This document shows positions 1 through 9,616 of a DNA stretch of 64,000 bases, piece by piece (within the stretch, counting starts at the first letter, position 1; every line of letters starts with the position of its first letter). The notes below the pieces were generated by a model, which was not told the origin of the DNA, did not search any database, and was given only the letters and a program-made list of their open reading frames with translations. The DNA lies in the NCBI GenBank assembly GCA_964580215.1, contig CAZOJT010000013.1:1268-65267 (forward strand), given 5' to 3'. The DNA is from an uncultured Ignavibacteria bacterium. Its GTDB lineage: Bacteria; Zixibacteria; MSB-5A5; SM1-73. The position numbers and the translations under genes are program-made.

Positions 1-2178
1 GAGGTGGGACAGAAATACAATCTACCTGTGGTTCAACCGGTGGATGTCAAGGGAGAATTCACCTCCGAAGTGACACCATGGAAAGGCATGTTTGTGAAAG
101 ATGCAGATGAGGGCATAATGGAGGATCTGAAGAAAAGGAATCTCTTGTATAAGAGAGGTGAGTATGTTCATACCTATCCCTTTTGTTGGAGATGCAACTC
201 TCCCTTGATCTATTACGCCCGAAAGTCGTGGTATATCCGAACCACCGCCTTCAAAGATAAGCTTCTGGAGAACAACAATAAGATAAACTGGTATCCACCT
301 GAGATAGGTTCTGGGCGATTTGGAGAGTGGCTGGAGAATAATGTGGACTGGGCTCTCTCCCGGGAAAGATTCTGGGGAACGCCATTAAATATCTGGATCT
401 GCGATAAGTGTGGAGAGAAAAAATCTGTGCCCAGCATAAAGGAGCTTTTAGATTCGGCGGTGCAAGATGAATTCTTAGCCTCGTTTAAAAAAGATGTAAA
501 TCTCCATAAGCCCATGATCGATCAGATCACTTTGCGATGTTCTCATTGTGACGGGGTGATGCATCGCACCCCGGAGGTGATCGATTGCTGGTTTGACTCC
601 GGGTCCATGCCATATGCTCAATGGCATTATCCTTTTGAGCATGAGGACGATTTTAAGGGAAAGTTCCCCAGTGAGTTCATCTCCGAGGCGGTGGATCAGA
701 CCAGAGGATGGTTTTACAGCCTCTTAGCCATCTCCACATTTCTTTCTGATCAGCCTGCCTACAAAAACGTGATCGTGATCGAGTTGATTCAGGACGAGGC
801 CGGTGCGAAAATGCATAAATCCAAAGGGAATGTGATCGATCCCTGGGAGGTTTTGAATGTCCAGGGAGCGGATGCTCTGAGATGGTATATGTTGTGGGTA
901 AGTCAGCCCTGGCTTCCCACCAGAATCGACAAGAATGCGATAACCGAGGTGGAAAGGAAATTTTTAAGCACTCTAAGGAACACCTATTCCTTTTTTGCTC
1001 TTTATGCCAACATCGACCAATTCGATCCTTCAGAGCACCAACTTAAAGTAGGAGAGAGAACAGATCTGGACAGGTGGATCATTTCCAGATTGAATTCCTT
1101 GGTCGGGGAGGCCACCTATGCTCTGGATCATTACGATCTGACCAGAGCCGCCCGCCAGATTCAGGAGTTTGTAATAGAGGATTTGAGTAACTGGTATGTG
1201 AGAAGGAGCCGGAGAAGGTTCTGGCAATCCGAAGAGACTAAGGATAAGATCTCCGCCTATTTAACCCTATGGGAGTGTCTGGTAGCGGTGTGCAAGCTAA
1301 TCGCCCCCTACACTCCTTTCATAGCAGAAGAACTATATAGAGAGCTTTGCGCCAAGATCGACCCGAAATTCCCGGAAAGTGTCCATCTTGTTAAGTTCCC
1401 TGAAGTTGTGGAAAAATATGTCGACAAAAGATTGGAACAGAAGATGAACAACTTGCGAAGGATCGTCATCTTAGGAAGGGTGGCTCGAAGCAGAGCGCAA
1501 ATAAAGATAAGGCAACCATTGGGAGAAATACTGGTGGCTCTTCCCCAGGGAGAGTCAAAAAAGGATTTGGAATCTTTATTCGATTTAATTTCGGAAGAGC
1601 TTAATGTAAAAAAGATCTCCTCATGGGATGCAGATCTTCAGTTGAGCCAGCTTTCTGCCAAGCCAAATTTCACCAGACTGGGTCCCAAGTTGGGAAAAAA
1701 GGCAAATCAAATGGCAGAGAAGATAAAATCGTTGAGTCAGGATGAGCTAAAGAAATTCAAAGAGGAAGGTAAATTGAAGATAGATTTAGATGGAGAAAGC
1801 TTGGAGTTGGAGCCGGATGATATGGAGATAACGGAGAAGGAAAAAGAGGGTTGGGTGGTGGAGTCGGAAAACGAGTATAGGCTGGCGCTCTCCACCATCT
1901 TAACAGACGAACTTAAGGATGAGGGATTTGCGCGGGAACTGGTCAATAAGATTCAAAACATGCGTAAGGCGGCAGACTTTGAGGTGATGGATCGAATAAA
2001 GACAGATATCAAAACCACTCCCCGGCTCAACCGGGCCATAAAAGCATTTGAGGATCACATCAAAAAAGAGACGCTATCTGAAAAACTCTCCCTTTCCGGA
2101 GCTAAAGGTGAGCGTATTGAGGAGTGGGATATAAATGGAGAGAAGGCGGTGATTTCGATAGAAAGAGTTAGACCTTAA
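1..2178 (+). CDS. ileS: Isoleucyl-tRNA synthetase, C-terminal ~724 aa (5' end lies outside the window)
   Basis: The reading frame is open from position 4. It contains a KMHKSKGN (KMSKS) motif, an anticodon-binding region and a C-terminal Zn-binding domain. The ileS-lspA synteny is conserved. Confidence 0.9.
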   Translation, partial: EVGQKYNLPVVQPVDVKGEFTSEVTPWKGMFVKDADEGIMEDLKKRNLLYKRGEYVHTYPFCWRCNSPLIYYARKSWYIRTTAFKDKLLENNNKINWYPPEIGSGRFGEWLENNVDWALSRERFWGTPLNIWICDKCGEKKSVPSIKELLDSAVQDEFLASFKKDVNLHKPMIDQITLRCSHCDGVMHRTPEVIDCWFDSGSMPYAQWHYPFEHEDDFKGKFPSEFISEAVDQTRGWFYSLLAISTFLSDQPAYKNVIVIELIQDEAGAKMHKSKGNVIDPWEVLNVQGADALRWYMLWVSQPWLPTRIDKNAITEVERKFLSTLRNTYSFFALYANIDQFDPSEHQLKVGERTDLDRWIISRLNSLVGEATYALDHYDLTRAARQIQEFVIEDLSNWYVRRSRRRFWQSEETKDKISAYLTLWECLVAVCKLIAPYTPFIAEELYRELCAKIDPKFPESVHLVKFPEVVEKYVDKRLEQKMNNLRRIVILGRVARSRAQIKIRQPLGEILVALPQGESKKDLESLFDLISEELNVKKISSWDADLQLSQLSAKPNFTRLGPKLGKKANQMAEKIKSLSQDELKKFKEEGKLKIDLDGESLELEPDDMEITEKEKEGWVVESENEYRLALSTILTDELKDEGFARELVNKIQNMRKAADFEVMDRIKTDIKTTPRLNRAIKAFEDHIKKETLSEKLSLSGAKGERIEEWDINGEKAVISIERVRP

Positions 2179-2191
2179 GTGGAGGAAGAAG

Positions 2192-2578
2192 ATGAAGAAG
2201 AAGGATCTACAAAAATACGAAGCCCTGCTTTTAGCCAAGCGGGCGGAGTTGTTGGAGGAGCTGGGACTTTTGAAAAAAACCGGCTTGAACAGCACTCTCA
2301 AGGACGCATCCGGTGAGATTTCCTCCTACTCCACCCATATGGCGGATCAGGGCACAGATTCCTTTGAAAGGGAAAAGACGTTTCAATTAGCCTCCAAAAG
2401 CGGCAGGTTCCTTCATCACATAGACGAGGCTCTGCGCCGCATCAAGGACAAAACCTATGGGAAATGCCAGGAATGCGGAAAGGAGATAAGCCCCGCCCGA
2501 CTGGAGGCAGTTCCCCATGCCCGATTTTGCATCGCCTGCAAAGAGAAAGAGGAACTCAAAAAGGCTAAGCAAACTTGA
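2192..2578 (+). CDS. DksA/TraR-family C4 zinc-finger protein
   Basis: 128 aa with a C-terminal CQEC-x17-CIAC motif, which is the C-x2-C-x17-C-x2-C spacing typical of DksA/TraR. It is preceded by an N-terminal coiled-coil region. Confidence 0.7.
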   Translation: MKKKDLQKYEALLLAKRAELLEELGLLKKTGLNSTLKDASGEISSYSTHMADQGTDSFEREKTFQLASKSGRFLHHIDEALRRIKDKTYGKCQECGKEISPARLEAVPHARFCIACKEKEELKKAKQT

Positions 2579-2593
2579 TGAAAGCTTTGACCC

Positions 2594-3196
2594 GTGGGTG
2601 TGAACCATGCGGTGCATACCGCAGGAGATGATTTGGTCAAAAAATATGCCCAGGCTTTTCCTCGCAGATTTTTGATCATCACCGTTCTGGCTATCCTTGT
2701 CGATCAACTTTCCAAAACTGCGGTGATTCGTCTTCTTTCTCCGGGTGAGTCTGTTCCGGTTCTGGGTGATCTTTTCAGGCTCACTCTTGTTTTAAATCCG
2801 GGCGGTGTGTTCGGAACCAGATTAGGAAGTCAAAATTTCTACACCTTCATCTCTCTTTTAGCCATGGGGGTCGCCTTATGGTTTTTCTTCAAGACCAGAA
2901 CAAAAGAAAACAGTTTCAGGATAGGGCTTTGCTTAGTTTTGGGAGGGGCGATGGGAAATCTGATCGACCGTTTCCGCTTTGGAGAGGTGGTCGATTTTCT
3001 GGATTTCGATTTCTTTAATATAACTCTTCCCCCAACAAAAGTCTTATTTTTCAAGTTCCCCGGTTTTTATCTTGATCGCTGGCCCGTGTTCAATTTAGCG
3101 GACAGCTTTGTCCTGATAGGAATGGTTTTGATAATCATCCATATGCTGTTTTTCAAAGAAATCCCGACCAGTGATACCTCTGATAAGTCCGAGTGA
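2594..3196 (+). CDS. lspA: Lipoprotein signal peptidase II
   Basis: Four-TM protein with conserved LspA motifs (VDFLDF, FNLADSFVLIG). It lies downstream of ileS as in many bacteria. The annotated start is GTG at 2594, and the true start may be an internal TTG or GTG. Confidence 0.8.
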   Translation: MGVNHAVHTAGDDLVKKYAQAFPRRFLIITVLAILVDQLSKTAVIRLLSPGESVPVLGDLFRLTLVLNPGGVFGTRLGSQNFYTFISLLAMGVALWFFFKTRTKENSFRIGLCLVLGGAMGNLIDRFRFGEVVDFLDFDFFNITLPPTKVLFFKFPGFYLDRWPVFNLADSFVLIGMVLIIIHMLFFKEIPTSDTSDKSE

Positions 3197-3199
3197 TCT

Positions 3200-4174
3200 A
3201 TGGAGAAAGACTCCCTAAGAAGGATAAAAATTTCAGCTCCACAGAAAGGGTCAGGAAAAAGAATAGATTTATTCCTCTCCCAGGAGGATATTGGTCTCTC
3301 CCGTGCTTTTATTCAGAAATTGATCTCAGATCATAATATATTGGTGGATGGCAAACCCATAAAGCCTTCTCACAAGATAAAAGGGGGAGAGAAAATCGAC
3401 ATTGAAGTTCCACCTTTGGAAAAACCATCCCTTGAGCCGGAGGACATCCCTTTGGATATCGCTTATGAGGACTCCGATCTTTTAGTGGTGAATAAGGAAG
3501 CGGGGATGGTGGTTCATCCTGCGGCGGGAAACTACTCTCATACTCTGGTGAATGCCCTTCTTTTCCATTGCCATGATCTTTCTGGTATAAATGGGGTTTT
3601 GCGACCGGGCATTGTGCACCGGCTGGACAAAAATACCTCCGGGCTTTTGGTGGTGGCAAAAAATGATTTTGCACATTTAGGCTTGGCTGAGCAGATAGAA
3701 AACCGAACTCTTTTACGTGAATATATTGCCATAACTTGGGGACATATGCCCGCTGAGAAAGGAGCCATCGAAGCTCCCATCGGAAGAGCTACAAAAGATA
3801 GAAAAAAGATGGCGGTGACCCGATTGAAAGGTCGGGAATCGCTAACCCAGTATCAAGTTCTGGAAAGATTTGATCTGTGTGATCTTCTGTCCATTAGATT
3901 GAAGACCGGCAGGACTCATCAGATCAGAGTTCATCTCTCTTATCTAAATCATCCGGTTTTAGGTGATCCGGAATATGGCGGCAGAGGTAAATGGATCAAA
4001 GGCATTTATGATAGAGACCGTCCTTTCGCTCAAAAGCTTTTGAGCGTAATTGAAAGGCAGGCTCTTCACGCCAAAAAGCTGGGCTTTGTCCATCCCGGGA
4101 CAAAAGAATATAAAGAATTCGATTCCCCTTTGCCTGAAGATATAGAAAATGTTTTAAGTCTTCTCCGCAGATAA
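3200..4174 (+). CDS. rluD: RluA-family 23S rRNA pseudouridine synthase (RluD-like) with an S4 domain
   Basis: Contains the HRLDKNTSGLLVVAKN catalytic Asp motif. An N-terminal S4 RNA-binding region is present. Confidence 0.8.
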   Translation: MEKDSLRRIKISAPQKGSGKRIDLFLSQEDIGLSRAFIQKLISDHNILVDGKPIKPSHKIKGGEKIDIEVPPLEKPSLEPEDIPLDIAYEDSDLLVVNKEAGMVVHPAAGNYSHTLVNALLFHCHDLSGINGVLRPGIVHRLDKNTSGLLVVAKNDFAHLGLAEQIENRTLLREYIAITWGHMPAEKGAIEAPIGRATKDRKKMAVTRLKGRESLTQYQVLERFDLCDLLSIRLKTGRTHQIRVHLSYLNHPVLGDPEYGGRGKWIKGIYDRDRPFAQKLLSVIERQALHAKKLGFVHPGTKEYKEFDSPLPEDIENVLSLLRR

Positions 4175-4656
4175 TCCCAACTAACTCTGTTGGGGCGAGG
4201 GTTGAACCCCCGTTCCCGCTTCCCGTTGGTGTTCTTCACCAACGGGAAACGAACGCCGGTGAAAAATACCCTCTCGGAGCAGGAGAGCCAGAGATTCTTC
4301 CTCCCACCTCTGGCGGGACTCAGAATGACACGAGCACTGTCACCCTGAACGAAGTGAAGGGTCTCACGCTCCATAGTCGAGGGTGCCCTCCCAGACGGGT
4401 CTCCGTCACCCTCGACCAAAAACTATGTGGCAGGGTAAGGGCTTGTCCTGAAGGCGCAGGCCGAAGGATACCCTGACACAACACCATCCAGTTACTTCGC
4501 ACACTCCTTAAAAGAGGTCTCTGAAAAGGTGCAGAAATCGGGCGGGCTAAGAGCCCGCCCTACGCGCTCGGGTATTGAATAACAATGATTTAGCCCGCGT
4601 AGGCGGGGCTCCCAGCCCCGCAAGAACGACTTTTTCAGAAATCTCTAAAAGAAATC

Positions 4657-4685
4657 TTGACAAGCTACGTAGGTCTTTCTATTTT
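4657..4685 (+). promoter_or_regulatory. Putative sigma70 promoter (TTGACA-17 nt-TATTTT) upstream of the BNR/T9SS gene
   Basis: TTGACA lies at 4657-4662, followed by a 17-nt spacer and TATTTT at 4680-4685. It is about 100 bp upstream of the ATG at 4788. Confidence 0.35.
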
Positions 4686-4787
4686 TAAAGTTGACGTATA
4701 AAAACGACAGGCGAACATCTATGGTTCATTTTATACCATCTCACAAGAATCATAATCTTTTTAAAACCTTTACTGAAAGGCGGGGAT

Positions 4788-6305
4788 ATGCTGAAGCGTT
4801 ACGTTGTAATCTTGGCAGTTTTAGTGATTGCCCTTTCGGTTCCCCAGCAGGTTCTGGCTGAGGGTCAGACGTGGGGCAATGATGTTTTGGTCCATCAAGC
4901 TAACCATATTTATGGTTTTGGCATGGATCAAGGGGACAAGGATACCTTACTCGTAGTTGTAACACACACGGGTACCACTAGAGACACACTTTCTATTTAT
5001 CGTTCCACGGACAACGGGCAAAATTGGAACCGTGAAAGAACCTTGATTTCTGGAGGCGATGATTTGCGTTTTGGCAAGGCAGATATTATCGCCGCAAAAG
5101 GTGACTCAAACTTTGTTTTCGTATTTTGGATATGGGACAATGAATTATGGTACTGCAAATACAATTACGGTGACCTTTCCCCACGTTTTTGCACTACGAT
5201 TGATAACGACAATGTAGTAGATTTTTCAGTTTGTCAGGACTTATGGAGTAATTACTGGCTGTACGTTGTTTACCAAACTGATCAGGATTCGGTAATATTT
5301 AAAACCTCCAGAGATTATGGTCAAACGTGGAAATTTAAAAAGAATCTTACTGAAGTTACCCCCATCACCAGCCAACCGAGCGTTGCTTATAGTCAAGGCA
5401 CCTATTTGGTGGTAGCTGGCAAAACCGACGATGATAAGATCTATACCATTAGAAATGATAATTCCGGCTACTCTGCTGATTGGAAAGATGGGCAATACAC
5501 ATCTGCACACACCGACTGCGATGATCCGGTTGTAGCCGCGTCACACGCCTCCCCTGACAGCGAAGCCGTGTTCTGGGTATTCTATGAACGTTACAGTACG
5601 ACCCCTCCTGCGCATTGGGTTTTGAATTTCCACTGGAGCACAGATGCTGGTGCAAGCTGGTTCATCACATCGCAACCTACTGATACCTCAAGTGGCAACC
5701 GGCTTTATCCTTCTTTGCACGTGTTGAAGGAGAACGAGGCGCAAAACATAACCTTAGCTTATCGCTACGAAGGGACGTCACCCAGGCAGATCCGTTACAT
5801 CTACAAGCCGAACGGGCAAGTTAATCCTTCGGTCTGGATGGCACCCTACAGTGGGATAAATGATCACAGTCCCCATCACACTCCTCCGCAGAGGGCATAT
5901 ACTCTGAGGGGGACGGACAATTCAGTCTTCTCTGCCGTGCTTTACGTCCACGACATGCTGAATGACCTGTACTTTGACGCTTCCTCATTCACTGGAGTGG
6001 ATAACGAATGGGGCGAGCAAATCGTTCAGGAATTTTCTCTAAGGCAGAACTATCCCAATCCCTTCAATCCGTCCACAGAAATTGAATTCGAGATCCGTCG
6101 AAACGGCTGGGTGAATCTGGAAATCTACAACATTCTGGGACAAAAGGTGCGCCAATTGCTAACAGACCATCTTGAAAAGGGTCATCATAGAATCACCTGG
6201 GACGGAAAAGACGACAATGGTAAAGATGTGGCGAACGGGATATATTTCTATCGTATCCAGACCGGAGACTTTACTGCAACAAAGAAGATGATTCTGCTCA
6301 AGTGA
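4788..6305 (+). CDS. Secreted BNR/Asp-box repeat protein (sialidase/glycosidase-like fold) with a T9SS C-terminal sorting domain
   Basis: N-terminal signal peptide. Three SxDxGxTW Asp-boxes are present (STDNGQNW, SRDYGQTW, STDAGASW). The ~80 C-terminal residues match the Por/T9SS CTD (NYPNPFNPSTEIEFEI...GIYFYRIQ). Confidence 0.6.
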   Translation: MLKRYVVILAVLVIALSVPQQVLAEGQTWGNDVLVHQANHIYGFGMDQGDKDTLLVVVTHTGTTRDTLSIYRSTDNGQNWNRERTLISGGDDLRFGKADIIAAKGDSNFVFVFWIWDNELWYCKYNYGDLSPRFCTTIDNDNVVDFSVCQDLWSNYWLYVVYQTDQDSVIFKTSRDYGQTWKFKKNLTEVTPITSQPSVAYSQGTYLVVAGKTDDDKIYTIRNDNSGYSADWKDGQYTSAHTDCDDPVVAASHASPDSEAVFWVFYERYSTTPPAHWVLNFHWSTDAGASWFITSQPTDTSSGNRLYPSLHVLKENEAQNITLAYRYEGTSPRQIRYIYKPNGQVNPSVWMAPYSGINDHSPHHTPPQRAYTLRGTDNSVFSAVLYVHDMLNDLYFDASSFTGVDNEWGEQIVQEFSLRQNYPNPFNPSTEIEFEIRRNGWVNLEIYNILGQKVRQLLTDHLEKGHHRITWDGKDDNGKDVANGIYFYRIQTGDFTATKKMILLK

Positions 6306-6530
6306 TCATTTCGTGCTCCCGGGGGATGTTACCCCAGACGAGCCCCCATACGGGTGGGGGTCTCCGTCATCCCACAGCATCAGGTCGGAGATCCCGCCCT
6401 TCGATTTACTCAGGGTGGTGACAGTTCGACTTCGCTCACTGTCCCTGAGCAAGGTCGAAGGGAGCGAAGTCGAACCACCAAAGGTATGAACCGTATGGTC
6501 CATACCAAAGGCGGGGGTGGAATAAACCCC

Positions 6531-6615
6531 ATTCTGATACCTAACCCATAGTCTCTCTTACCACAAAGAGCAAATTCGCAATAACCTTAATGGTGAAAAG
6601 GATAGCTCCACCGTT
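6531..6615. repeat. ~80-bp direct repeat, copy 1 (left flank of the ABC cassette)
   Basis: The sequence tagtctctcttaccacaaAgagcaaAttc...aatggtgaaaaggatagctcc is nearly identical to the copy at 11085-11180. Confidence 0.7.
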
Positions 6616-6835
6616 AAGGGGGTGTGAAAAAGTTTGTAGGTCGGGTTCCGATCCCGCCTTTGGCGGGAGAGACTTAAAGTTGCGTCAGGAGCTCTACTCC
6701 TGATGCTTCGAGGTGTGTCAGGACTGAAGTCCTAACACAACACAAAAATAAAGGGTAATTAAAATATAGAAATAATACGTAGTATAAATCGAGTTAAGAA
6801 TTAAATTTTAACTAAATTATACACGGAGAATCAAT

Positions 6836-7555
6836 ATGGCTTTAATTGAATTAGATAAAGTGTCGAGAATATATGAAATGGGAGAGACTTCTATACAAGC
6901 ACTTGCGGATATAAATCTCGACATTGAACAACAGACTTTTGTTTCTTTTGTTGGGCCTTCCGGCAGCGGTAAAACAACTTTACTCAATTTAATCGGTTGT
7001 TTGGATAAACCCAGTTCAGGTGAAATAAAAGTAAATGATGTTCGCGTGAATGAATTTAACCGCAAAGATGCTGCTGTTTTCCGCGGCACAAATATTGGAT
7101 TTATTTTTCAGAACTTTAACCTCTTGCCTGTGCTGACAGTATATGAAAATGTTGAATATCCCTTGATCATGGTGCAAAGTATAGCCGAAAAAGAACGTCG
7201 CGAACGGGTTTTGAAGTATTTAGAAGCTGTAAGCATGACAGATCAGAAAGATAAGTACCCATCACAGATATCAGGCGGGCAGAAACAACGGGTTGCTGTT
7301 GCACGAGCACTGGTAACAGACCCGAAATTAGTTCTTGCCGACGAACCGACAGCAAATTTAGATCACAAATCAGCATTCAAGGTAATTGAGTTGATGCGCC
7401 AAATGCAGCGGGAATTAAAAACGACTTTTATCTTTTCCACCCACGATCCAAAAATAGTAAAAGAAGCCGAAATTATTTATACCCTGGAAGACGGCCGGTT
7501 AGTAAACAAGGAACTGGTGACCAATCCAAATAACCAGGCGAAGGGAAAAAACTAA
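6836..7555 (+). CDS. ABC transporter ATP-binding protein (MacB/LolD-like)
   Basis: Walker A GPSGSGKTT, ABC signature LSGGQKQRVAVARAL and a Walker B/D-loop are present. It is translationally coupled to the downstream FtsX-type permease. Confidence 0.85.
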   Translation: MALIELDKVSRIYEMGETSIQALADINLDIEQQTFVSFVGPSGSGKTTLLNLIGCLDKPSSGEIKVNDVRVNEFNRKDAAVFRGTNIGFIFQNFNLLPVLTVYENVEYPLIMVQSIAEKERRERVLKYLEAVSMTDQKDKYPSQISGGQKQRVAVARALVTDPKLVLADEPTANLDHKSAFKVIELMRQMQRELKTTFIFSTHDPKIVKEAEIIYTLEDGRLVNKELVTNPNNQAKGKN

Positions 7556-7556
7556 A

Positions 7557-8810
7557 ATGAAAAATATATTTAAAATTGCGCTGCGTAATCTGCTACGCTA
7601 TAAAAGACGTACTCTGCTGACTTCCTCGCTTATCATTCTCGGCGTGGTAATGGTTGTAGTTTTTTCCGGTATTTCAAAATCTTTCAAAGGAATGATGATC
7701 GGCACAATCACCGATTCGATGTTGGGGCATTTACAAATTCATAAAAGAGGATACGTTAGTTCAATCGATAACCTGCCGCTGCATTTGAATCTGAAAGATG
7801 AAGAAATAAACAATCTAAAATCTCTTTTAGATGAAAAGAAAAATGTTATAGAAGCCTATACTTTCAGAATAAAATTCGGGGCAATGCTGAGTAACTATGA
7901 GCAAACTACCAATATCAGGTTGACTGCTGTTATTCCGGAAATGGAAAACAAAGCCAGCCCGGCCCTGGTTGATCGTATTGTTGATTTTTCAAAAAAGCCG
8001 GATTCTTTTGTGAAGCCGGGAGAATTGATTATACCGGAAAACCTGGCAAACGGATTAAAACTAAAGACCGGGCAGGAAGTCGTTTTAGTAACTACCAATC
8101 AGGATGGTTCGGTCAACGGTATGTCATTTAGCATCGCCGGAATAATGAGCGGATTAACAGGTCCTTCCGGCCGTGACGGATACATGCATCTGAATGATGC
8201 TAAAGATTTGCTCCGAATAGACGGCAACGAAATTAATGAAATCGCCATTCGGCTGAAAGATGGCGATGATTTGAAACGCGTAAATAAGATGTTAAATCAA
8301 AGTTTGCAGTCCATAAAAGGTGAAGATGAAAAGCCAGTGTTTGAATTACATACCTGGGCGCAACTTTCACCATTTTCTACAATTGCCACCGTTGTGGATT
8401 TGCTGATTTACATAGTAAAAATTGTGCTGATCTCAATTGTATTAATCAGTATTTTAAACGTGATGATGATGTCGGTTTTTGAACGTGTGAGTGAAATCGG
8501 CACAATCTCAGCCATTGGCACATTGCCTTCAAAAATATTGTGGTTGTTTGTGGCTGAAGGCTTTCTTCTCGGTTTTATCAGCGCCATAGTCGGCAGTGTA
8601 ATCAGTGTACTGAGTTTGTCTTTAATCAATCTGGCAGAGTTTCATTTTTCTTTCGGAAGGATGCAAGGTATTTTGTTAGAGACATCTGTTTCCATTGGAG
8701 AATTAATTACAGTATCAATTATAGTTATCATTATTTCGATTTTATCCAGTTTTCAACCGGCGTATAAAGCGTCAAAAATGGAACCGGTTGATGCATTGAG
8801 ACATGTGTAA
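7557..8810 (+). CDS. ABC transporter permease (FtsX/MacB/LolE-like)
   Basis: An N-terminal TM segment is followed by a large periplasmic domain and three C-terminal TM helices. The start overlaps the stop of the ATPase gene. Confidence 0.7.
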   Translation: MKNIFKIALRNLLRYKRRTLLTSSLIILGVVMVVVFSGISKSFKGMMIGTITDSMLGHLQIHKRGYVSSIDNLPLHLNLKDEEINNLKSLLDEKKNVIEAYTFRIKFGAMLSNYEQTTNIRLTAVIPEMENKASPALVDRIVDFSKKPDSFVKPGELIIPENLANGLKLKTGQEVVLVTTNQDGSVNGMSFSIAGIMSGLTGPSGRDGYMHLNDAKDLLRIDGNEINEIAIRLKDGDDLKRVNKMLNQSLQSIKGEDEKPVFELHTWAQLSPFSTIATVVDLLIYIVKIVLISIVLISILNVMMMSVFERVSEIGTISAIGTLPSKILWLFVAEGFLLGFISAIVGSVISVLSLSLINLAEFHFSFGRMQGILLETSVSIGELITVSIIVIIISILSSFQPAYKASKMEPVDALRHV

Positions 8811-8860
8811 TTCTTTCAAAGGAAAGAAAGACAAAAGAAAAAAGTCAAACATAGAAAGGA

Positions 8861-9616
8861 ATGAACATGCGTTTATTATTATCTGTTTTAATAACTGTCT
8901 TTTTATTCCATGTGCTTCCGGCACAGGAAGCTGTCCAAATAAGCACCAGGGGCAACGCTATTTTAAAAAAAGTCGATGAAATTTTAACTCCCGGTTCGGT
9001 TGAATTTTACCGTAAACTGATCAACGAAGAACCGGACGGAAAGAAAAAGGAATTTATTTTTTATACGGTGAAAAAAGATCGGGACAAAGTTGCCATGCTC
9101 TATCTGTCACCGGCGAGTGATAAAGGACGAGCCACTTTGCGATTGGGCGATAATATGTGGTTGTATATTCCCAATGTGGGAAAACCAATTCGCATTACCA
9201 GCATGCAGTCCGTAGTTGGTGGCGTGTTTAATAATGCCGATATCATGCGGCTTGATTATTCCGCCGAATACGATGCGACAAATCTTGAAGAAAGCGGTGA
9301 AAATTTAATTCTTGATTTAAAGGCAAAAACAAGGACCGTGTCCTATGACCGCCTGAAAATGTGGGTGATTAAAAAGAACAACATCGTCGAGAAGGTGGAA
9401 TGTTACGCTGCATCCGGGAAATTAATCAAAACTCTGAATTTTAAACAGGTAAAAGATTTTGGTAAAGGAATTGTTCGTCCGGCTGTGATTGAAACGACAA
9501 GTCCGTTGTATAAAGGTTTCAAATCAGTGATGATTTATTCGAAAATAAAAAACAGAAAATTCCCCGATGAAGTTTTCACATTGGATTATCTTTCAAGATT
9601 AAGCGAGTTACGATGA
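8861..9616 (+). CDS. Outer-membrane lipoprotein-sorting (LolA-like) protein
   Basis: Has a signal peptide and the size and beta-rich composition typical of LolA-like family proteins that accompany MacB-type exporters. The assignment rests on context plus composition. Confidence 0.4.
   Translation: MNMRLLLSVLITVFLFHVLPAQEAVQISTRGNAILKKVDEILTPGSVEFYRKLINEEPDGKKKEFIFYTVKKDRDKVAMLYLSPASDKGRATLRLGDNMWLYIPNVGKPIRITSMQSVVGGVFNNADIMRLDYSAEYDATNLEESGENLILDLKAKTRTVSYDRLKMWVIKKNNIVEKVECYAASGKLIKTLNFKQVKDFGKGIVRPAVIETTSPLYKGFKSVMIYSKIKNRKFPDEVFTLDYLSRLSELR

Noticed and set aside
213-515. Minus-strand 100-aa ORF inside ileS
   Set aside because: It is antisense to a well-supported conserved CDS and has no recognisable motifs. 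The same reasoning applies to 1030-1227, 1737-1946, 12416-12927 and 13177-13885 (inside secA), 45286-46166 (inside sucD), and 47333-47795 (inside sucC).
4180-4640. Possible CRISPR array among the dense repeats
   Set aside because: The repeats belong to several different families with irregular spacing and orientation. There is no constant repeat-spacer periodicity.
6306-6551. Two overlapping 65-aa ORFs in the spacer after the BNR gene
   Set aside because: The region is composed of dispersed palindromic repeats. The ORFs are low-complexity read-throughs of those repeats.
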